56,327 bases of DNA from a virus (lineage: Duplodnaviria > Caudoviricetes): IMG/VR virus record IMGVR_UViG_3300027889_000009, positions 1-56,327 of that record; one strand, 5' to 3'. A program made the position numbers and the translations under genes. Under the pieces are notes generated by a model. It did not search any database. It was not told the origin of the DNA and saw nothing but the letters and a program-made list of their open reading frames with translations. Positions 52,541-56,327 of the stretch are shown here, one piece after another (position 1 is the stretch's first letter; each line of letters starts with the position of its first letter).

Positions 52541-52882
52541 TCACCTTTTGCACTTGATGTCCACGGCATACGCGAGCATAGTTATGCCACGGATGACAGG
52601 CTCTCCATCCGATCCGGTATCGACAACAGTACCCGTCACCGGGAAGCACAGGCGTCCTTGGCCAACGAGCGCTTCGCAGACTTCGGCATCATCGGCCAGC
52701 GTTACGGTGTGGCCATCGACCAGCTTGGCTGGATAGACCGACACGCCGCTTTCCGCTTCGCCCGTCGCGTGGTTGCTGCTTCTGCGCATGCCCTTGAATA
52801 GTCCGTAGCGGATGAATACTGGCACGGACTTCCTGGGACGTATCGACCTGTAGCGTTCCCCGTAGATTTCAAACGTCGCCAT
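52541..52882 (-). CDS. Hypothetical protein
   Basis: FIRYG...SSNHATGEAESGVSVY...GSDGEPVI. Confidence 0.7.
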   Translation of the reverse strand: MATFEIYGERYRSIRPRKSVPVFIRYGLFKGMRRSSNHATGEAESGVSVYPAKLVDGHTVTLADDAEVCEALVGQGRLCFPVTGTVVDTGSDGEPVIRGITMLAYAVDIKCKR

Positions 52883-52923
52883 GTGTTCCCCTATGCTTCA
52901 CCGCTCATACGTCTTGAACGCTG

Positions 52924-53490
52924 TCACTCAATCCTTTCCACGGCATCTGGAAACGCTTCCGCCACGACTCGGTTTAGCAGGTCCAGGTACTCAAGGTTAA
53001 TGTGTGTCATCAACCTGTGCTGCTTGTCGCTGTATTCGTTGCGTGGCGGGTATCCCTGGACGTAGCTGAAGCGCAGGTGGTACAGTTGCCGCACAAGGTC
53101 GCCTGCGTCTTCGCCGATGAACGCTGTCGAGAACGGTAACTCCTGCCCGAAGTCGCTGGTGTAATCCAGTTGTGCCACAAAATTTCCGCCCGTCGTTTGG
53201 TATACCGTGATGCTGTGCCATCGCTTTGCGCCGTCAAGGTGGCTTGTCTCGTGGTTGCTGTCTCGTGCCAGCACGCGGCCGTTGAACGCCAAGGGGATGT
53301 TGCCCGTTCGGTGGATGACGTACTCCTTGTGGGAACCGTAACCACCAACTGTCGAGCGCTCAGGCGAGTTGAGCGCTCTGGAACCTGCATCGCTGTCTGT
53401 GTATGCTGGACTGCGTTCTCGCTCGACATAGGCGGCAAGGCGTGCTTCCGTCGCCTGTCGCTCGGCTTCGGCGTCGTATGGCTTACTCAT
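52924..53490 (-). CDS. Hypothetical protein
   Basis: GGAG RBS; PLAFNGRVLA...RWHSITVYQTTGGNFV. Confidence 0.7.
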   Translation of the reverse strand: MSKPYDAEAERQATEARLAAYVERERSPAYTDSDAGSRALNSPERSTVGGYGSHKEYVIHRTGNIPLAFNGRVLARDSNHETSHLDGAKRWHSITVYQTTGGNFVAQLDYTSDFGQELPFSTAFIGEDAGDLVRQLYHLRFSYVQGYPPRNEYSDKQHRLMTHINLEYLDLLNRVVAEAFPDAVERIE

Positions 53491-53522
53491 TGCGATCTCC
53501 AAAAATAAAGGTATGGTATATC

Positions 53523-53684
53523 ATGGCGAAAGAGACCAAACCCAGCAAGGGTCGCGTCACACAAGCCGCCCGCGTCCTTGGCAGGCTCGGTGGCCTGCGT
53601 GGTGGTCCCGCGCGGGCACGGGCGCTGTCGGCGGCGGAACGGTCGGCGATAGCACGCAAGGGCGGAAACGCGCCGCGGCACTAG
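53523..53684 (+). CDS. Small basic protein (GGxARAxxLSxxERSxIARK family)
   Basis: LGRLGGLRGGPARARALSAAERSAIARKGG. Confidence 0.7.
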   Translation: MAKETKPSKGRVTQAARVLGRLGGLRGGPARARALSAAERSAIARKGGNAPRH

Positions 53685-53827
53685 GTCACAGCGCGTACCG
53701 CGATGGTCCAACCGGCGTAGCGTCCGCCTTCGGCACGCTCTCTTGCTGATTGTTCGCTGCTGGCGCGAACTACCCATTCGAGTTGGCCGAACAATGAATG
53801 TGTCATCGTAATCAGGTACGCTTGCAT
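53681..53827 (-). CDS. Small hypothetical protein
   Basis: AAGGAG RBS. Confidence 0.55.
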   Translation of the reverse strand: MQAYLITMTHSLFGQLEWVVRASSEQSARERAEGGRYAGWTIAVRAVT

Positions 53828-53861
53828 CGTGGTCACTCCTTGGCGGCAATGCGCCGCGGCA

Positions 53862-54095
53862 CTAGGCATCATCCCAAACCGTGCTTCCGTCCGCATTGGC
53901 TTCGCCGCCAGAGAAAGATTGGTACGCTTCCAGCCGCTCTCGAATCATCTCGGTGATGGCGCTGGCCGCCAACTGGTCGATGGTGATTCCGCGTTTGACG
54001 GCTTCGCGTTCGTAATGCTCCGTCATGGTGCCGTACATACTGCCTAGCATCTGTGCCATTTCGCTAGTGGCCAAGGACCATTGTTCGTTGCTCAT
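53862..54095 (-). CDS. Small hypothetical protein
   Basis: AAGGAG RBS. Confidence 0.6.
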   Translation of the reverse strand: MSNEQWSLATSEMAQMLGSMYGTMTEHYEREAVKRGITIDQLAASAITEMIRERLEAYQSFSGGEANADGSTVWDDA

Positions 54096-54262
54096 CGTCG
54101 TCACTCCTTGAAAGTAGGCCGCTCCGGGATTGTCGCGGGTCACCAATTAGCGCCCGTAGGTTTCCACCGGAGCGGCCAAGTAAAAATGGCATGGGAAGCC
54201 GCTTCTGGGACGCAGAAGTGTGCGGCACGCGGACTACTAATCCGGCCCATGCCATGTATCGG

Positions 54263-54493
54263 TTACTCCGGTTCCATCTGCCACGGCTCGAACAACTCGT
54301 CATCGGCCAGCAGACGTTTGGCATAGGTCCGCTTGCCGCTGGACTGGTCCCAAGCGCGGCGGAAGATAACGCCGTCTTCACCGCTCGCGTAGGATACCAG
54401 TACAATTTGCCCCTGGCATGCAGGCGGCGTGAGCCACTGGCTATGGTCGGTTGGTTCGCTGCACGGTTGCCACTTGATCGTTTTCGTTGCCAT
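54263..54493 (-). CDS. Small hypothetical protein
   Basis: AAGGAG RBS. Confidence 0.65.
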   Translation of the reverse strand: MATKTIKWQPCSEPTDHSQWLTPPACQGQIVLVSYASGEDGVIFRRAWDQSSGKRTYAKRLLADDELFEPWQMEPE

Positions 54494-54620
54494 GACTTTC
54501 TCCTTGTTTATCCGATAATCTTACGCAGCCTGTCGGCCCCCCAGCTCCATCAATTGTTCAATGGTCCGGTCCATCGTCATCATCCCTTCAGTTGCGGCCC
54601 CGTGGGGCCTGGGTGGGTGG

Positions 54621-54833
54621 TCACGGCAGCAAGCCCGCGCGGTAGGCCGCTAACGCGGATTGGTTAGCGGCCGCATTCCTGGCGGCACAGAACGCCGCCG
54701 CCAAGTCTCTCAATTCTCGCGGGCAATCGTCACATATACAGTGACGATCCGCGAAAATCTCACAATAAGGCAGTACCGACTCAAATCCAGCCACTTCCCA
54801 AGGGAAGTGGCGAAAGGTGTTTAAGCGACTCAT
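54621..54833 (-). CDS. Small hypothetical protein
   Basis: AGGAGG RBS, ATGA coupling. Confidence 0.5.
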   Translation of the reverse strand: MSRLNTFRHFPWEVAGFESVLPYCEIFADRHCICDDCPRELRDLAAAFCAARNAAANQSALAAYRAGLLP

Positions 54834-55033
54834 GAAATAATCCTCCTGAGCCTGTCGGCTCCCTTGAAATCGCCGATCACGTTCAGGCGGTCGTGGACTG
54901 CTGGCCATTGGCTGTCGTCGTCGGCCGCGGCCAGCATCAGCAGGCCAAGCTCGCGGTCCACCTTGTCCCGAACGCGGGCGGCGCACAGGACCCAGGCGAA
55001 ATACTCGTCAAGGGTGAATTGGCGGCGAAGCAT
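54830..55033 (-). CDS. Small hypothetical protein
   Basis: AGGAG RBS. Confidence 0.6.
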   Translation of the reverse strand: MLRRQFTLDEYFAWVLCAARVRDKVDRELGLLMLAAADDDSQWPAVHDRLNVIGDFKGADRLRRIIS

Positions 55034-55042
55034 CGTCCACTC

Positions 55043-55276
55043 CTACATTGCAGGGGCTGACTGATCGGCCGACGTCCAGGGGTGCAGCACGTTGCCGTTC
55101 CAATCAACAGCGTGTGGAACATTGTCGATAAAAACGAATAGGCGGTTGTTGGAACTGACGCTGTACGTGCCGGGGCGGTCTGCCAGTCCGTTCAACTCCT
55201 GGCACCGCTTGTGCCAGCGATCTTTGCTCATCCTGGCTTCCCAGTCTTTTGTGGTTTCAGTCGTCGCCATTGTCAT
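55043..55276 (-). CDS. Small hypothetical protein
   Basis: GGAG RBS. Confidence 0.6.
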   Translation of the reverse strand: MTMATTETTKDWEARMSKDRWHKRCQELNGLADRPGTYSVSSNNRLFVFIDNVPHAVDWNGNVLHPWTSADQSAPAM

Positions 55277-55301
55277 CTCCCGTTCGTGGTGGTGGTGTGG
55301 G

Positions 55302-55460
55302 TTAGGCGGCGGCCCGGACTAGCGTGAGGCATCCGGCGTCGTACCGGGACTCGCTGCCGTCCAGGAATCGCACCGTGTAAATGCCGCCGCCGTTGTCGAT
55401 CACCTTGCCCTTGCGCCCGTCGAAGGTTTCCACAATGTCGCCAAGATTGTAAGTCGTCAT
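55302..55460 (-). CDS. 52-aa SH3/KOW-like beta protein
   Basis: MTTYNLGDIVETFDGRKGKVIDNGGGIYTVRFLDG; AAGGAG RBS (not in the ORF track). Confidence 0.6.
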   Translation of the reverse strand: MTTYNLGDIVETFDGRKGKVIDNGGGIYTVRFLDGSESRYDAGCLTLVRAAA

Positions 55461-55485
55461 CGGTCATCTCCTTGGTTGGTTCGCG

Positions 55486-55535
55486 TCACTCACTCACTCA
55501 CTCACTCACTCACTCACTCACTCACTCACTCACTC
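55486..55535. repeat. (TCAC)12 tetranucleotide microsatellite
   Basis: 12 perfect copies plus TC. Confidence 0.97.
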
Positions 55536-55546
55536 GACACTACCTA

Positions 55547-55563
55547 ATGCACTCCCCATGCCA
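55547..55563 (-). promoter_or_regulatory. Sigma-54-like -24/-12 promoter
   Basis: TGGCATG-GGGA-GTGCA with correct GG-N10-GC spacing, upstream of the small-gene operon. Confidence 0.55.
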
Positions 55564-55976
55564 CTGGCATGGATTCGCGTTTACCCTGTAAATAATCACG
55601 TTTGGTGATTCTACCCGCCAATTCGTGGCGGGCAACTGTGTCATTGTGATACGGTGGTGTGCGGCGTTTCGCTACGATGACTTGCGCGGCTCCCATTTAC
55701 CTTCTGGCGGCAACTCCCGCTTACCTTCTGCCGATTTGGCAAAGGCAACGGCTTCCTTGCGAGTCGAGAACGGCCCGGTTCTGTCCTTCCCGCAATGCAG
55801 CCACCACACACGATTTTCAGACCAGTTGCACTTTTCCATTTCTCTCTCCACAAAAAGTTACGGTTTCCACTGATCCGCAGGCAACATACCTGCGTACCAC
55901 AACGTCAACTCCAGCAGGTCACCAGCGGCGTCTACCACGTCTTCAGTGGTGACGTGCTGGGCCATGATGACGCTGG

Positions 55977-56273
55977 CTATCGTTGCGGATAGGCCAGTTT
56001 CGGTTGCGATGTCGTGTCAATCTCGTAATCCGCCAGCACCTTATCGATGTATGCCTTGGCGGTCTCGCTGCCGCCACGAGCGGCGCAGCGGAAGATTTCG
56101 GTCATTGCGTCAACCTGGTCCCTAAATTTTGCGACGTTTTTTTCCGCCATCGATACCTTGCCGCGCAGCATCATCAACTCGCGGTTGTTCGGTTCGGCCG
56201 CCGCTTCAAGAACCCTGATGTGCTCGCGTGCCCACGTCGGCAGTTTGGCAATCTTCTTTTGCAAATCTTCCAC
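55977..56273 (-). CDS. Coiled-coil hypothetical protein
   Basis: KLPTWAREHIRVLE motif. Confidence 0.65.
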   Translation of the reverse strand: MEDLQKKIAKLPTWAREHIRVLEAAAEPNNRELMMLRGKVSMAEKNVAKFRDQVDAMTEIFRCAARGGSETAKAYIDKVLADYEIDTTSQPKLAYPQR

Positions 56274-56327
56274 GTCTCATTCTCCCTTCCCCGCTGGTGG
56301 GCGCACAGCGGTGGTGTTGTGTCAACT

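Larger units (their letters stand above)
1..56327. mobile_element. Tailed bacteriophage/prophage DNA (HK97-type capsid, non-contractile tail), probable Planctomycetota host
   Basis: Portal, prohead protease, major capsid, head-tail adaptor, tail tube, G/GT chaperones, tape measure and many small phage-type ORFs; no host housekeeping genes; TIGR03000-like domain suggests the host. Confidence 0.93.

Noticed and set aside
1-56327. Stop-codon reassignment
   Set aside because: Long genes are intact in code 11, all three stops end genes, and no suppressor anticodon was found

Overview
The whole window looks like tailed-phage (or prophage) DNA, mostly coded on the minus strand. The host is probably a planctomycete (Gemmataceae-like), judged from a TIGR03000-type domain protein and planctomycete-type exported proteins. 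An HK97-type siphovirus-like virion gene set is present but split into four blocks: portal (45.1-46.8 kb); protease/scaffold, capsid, neck, tail tube, G/GT chaperones, tape measure and tail tip (25.7-40.1 kb); receptor-binding/LamG genes with small membrane genes (7.9-18.0 kb); and a possible small terminase on the opposite strand (50.0-50.6 kb). I found no large terminase, integrase, replicase or recognisable endolysin. The most striking element is a ~6 kb leftward operon with a near-consensus leaderless promoter containing two direct repeats. It is headed by a ribbon-helix-helix domain fused through a hydrophobic segment to an exported CxxCH (c-heme-type) domain, and it also carries a Tad1-like anti-Thoeris/CBASS sponge, a TIGR03000 protein and a Tyr-rich exported protein. 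Other notable items are two atypical tRNA-like genes (one has a His-type G-1:C73 acceptor with a Gln anticodon), a ~590-nt hairpin-dense non-coding region, a (TCAC)12 microsatellite just behind a sigma-54-like promoter, several near-loopless palindromes, a -1 frameshift site in the tail chaperone and two free-standing homing endonucleases. All family calls come from motif recognition by eye; no searches were run.
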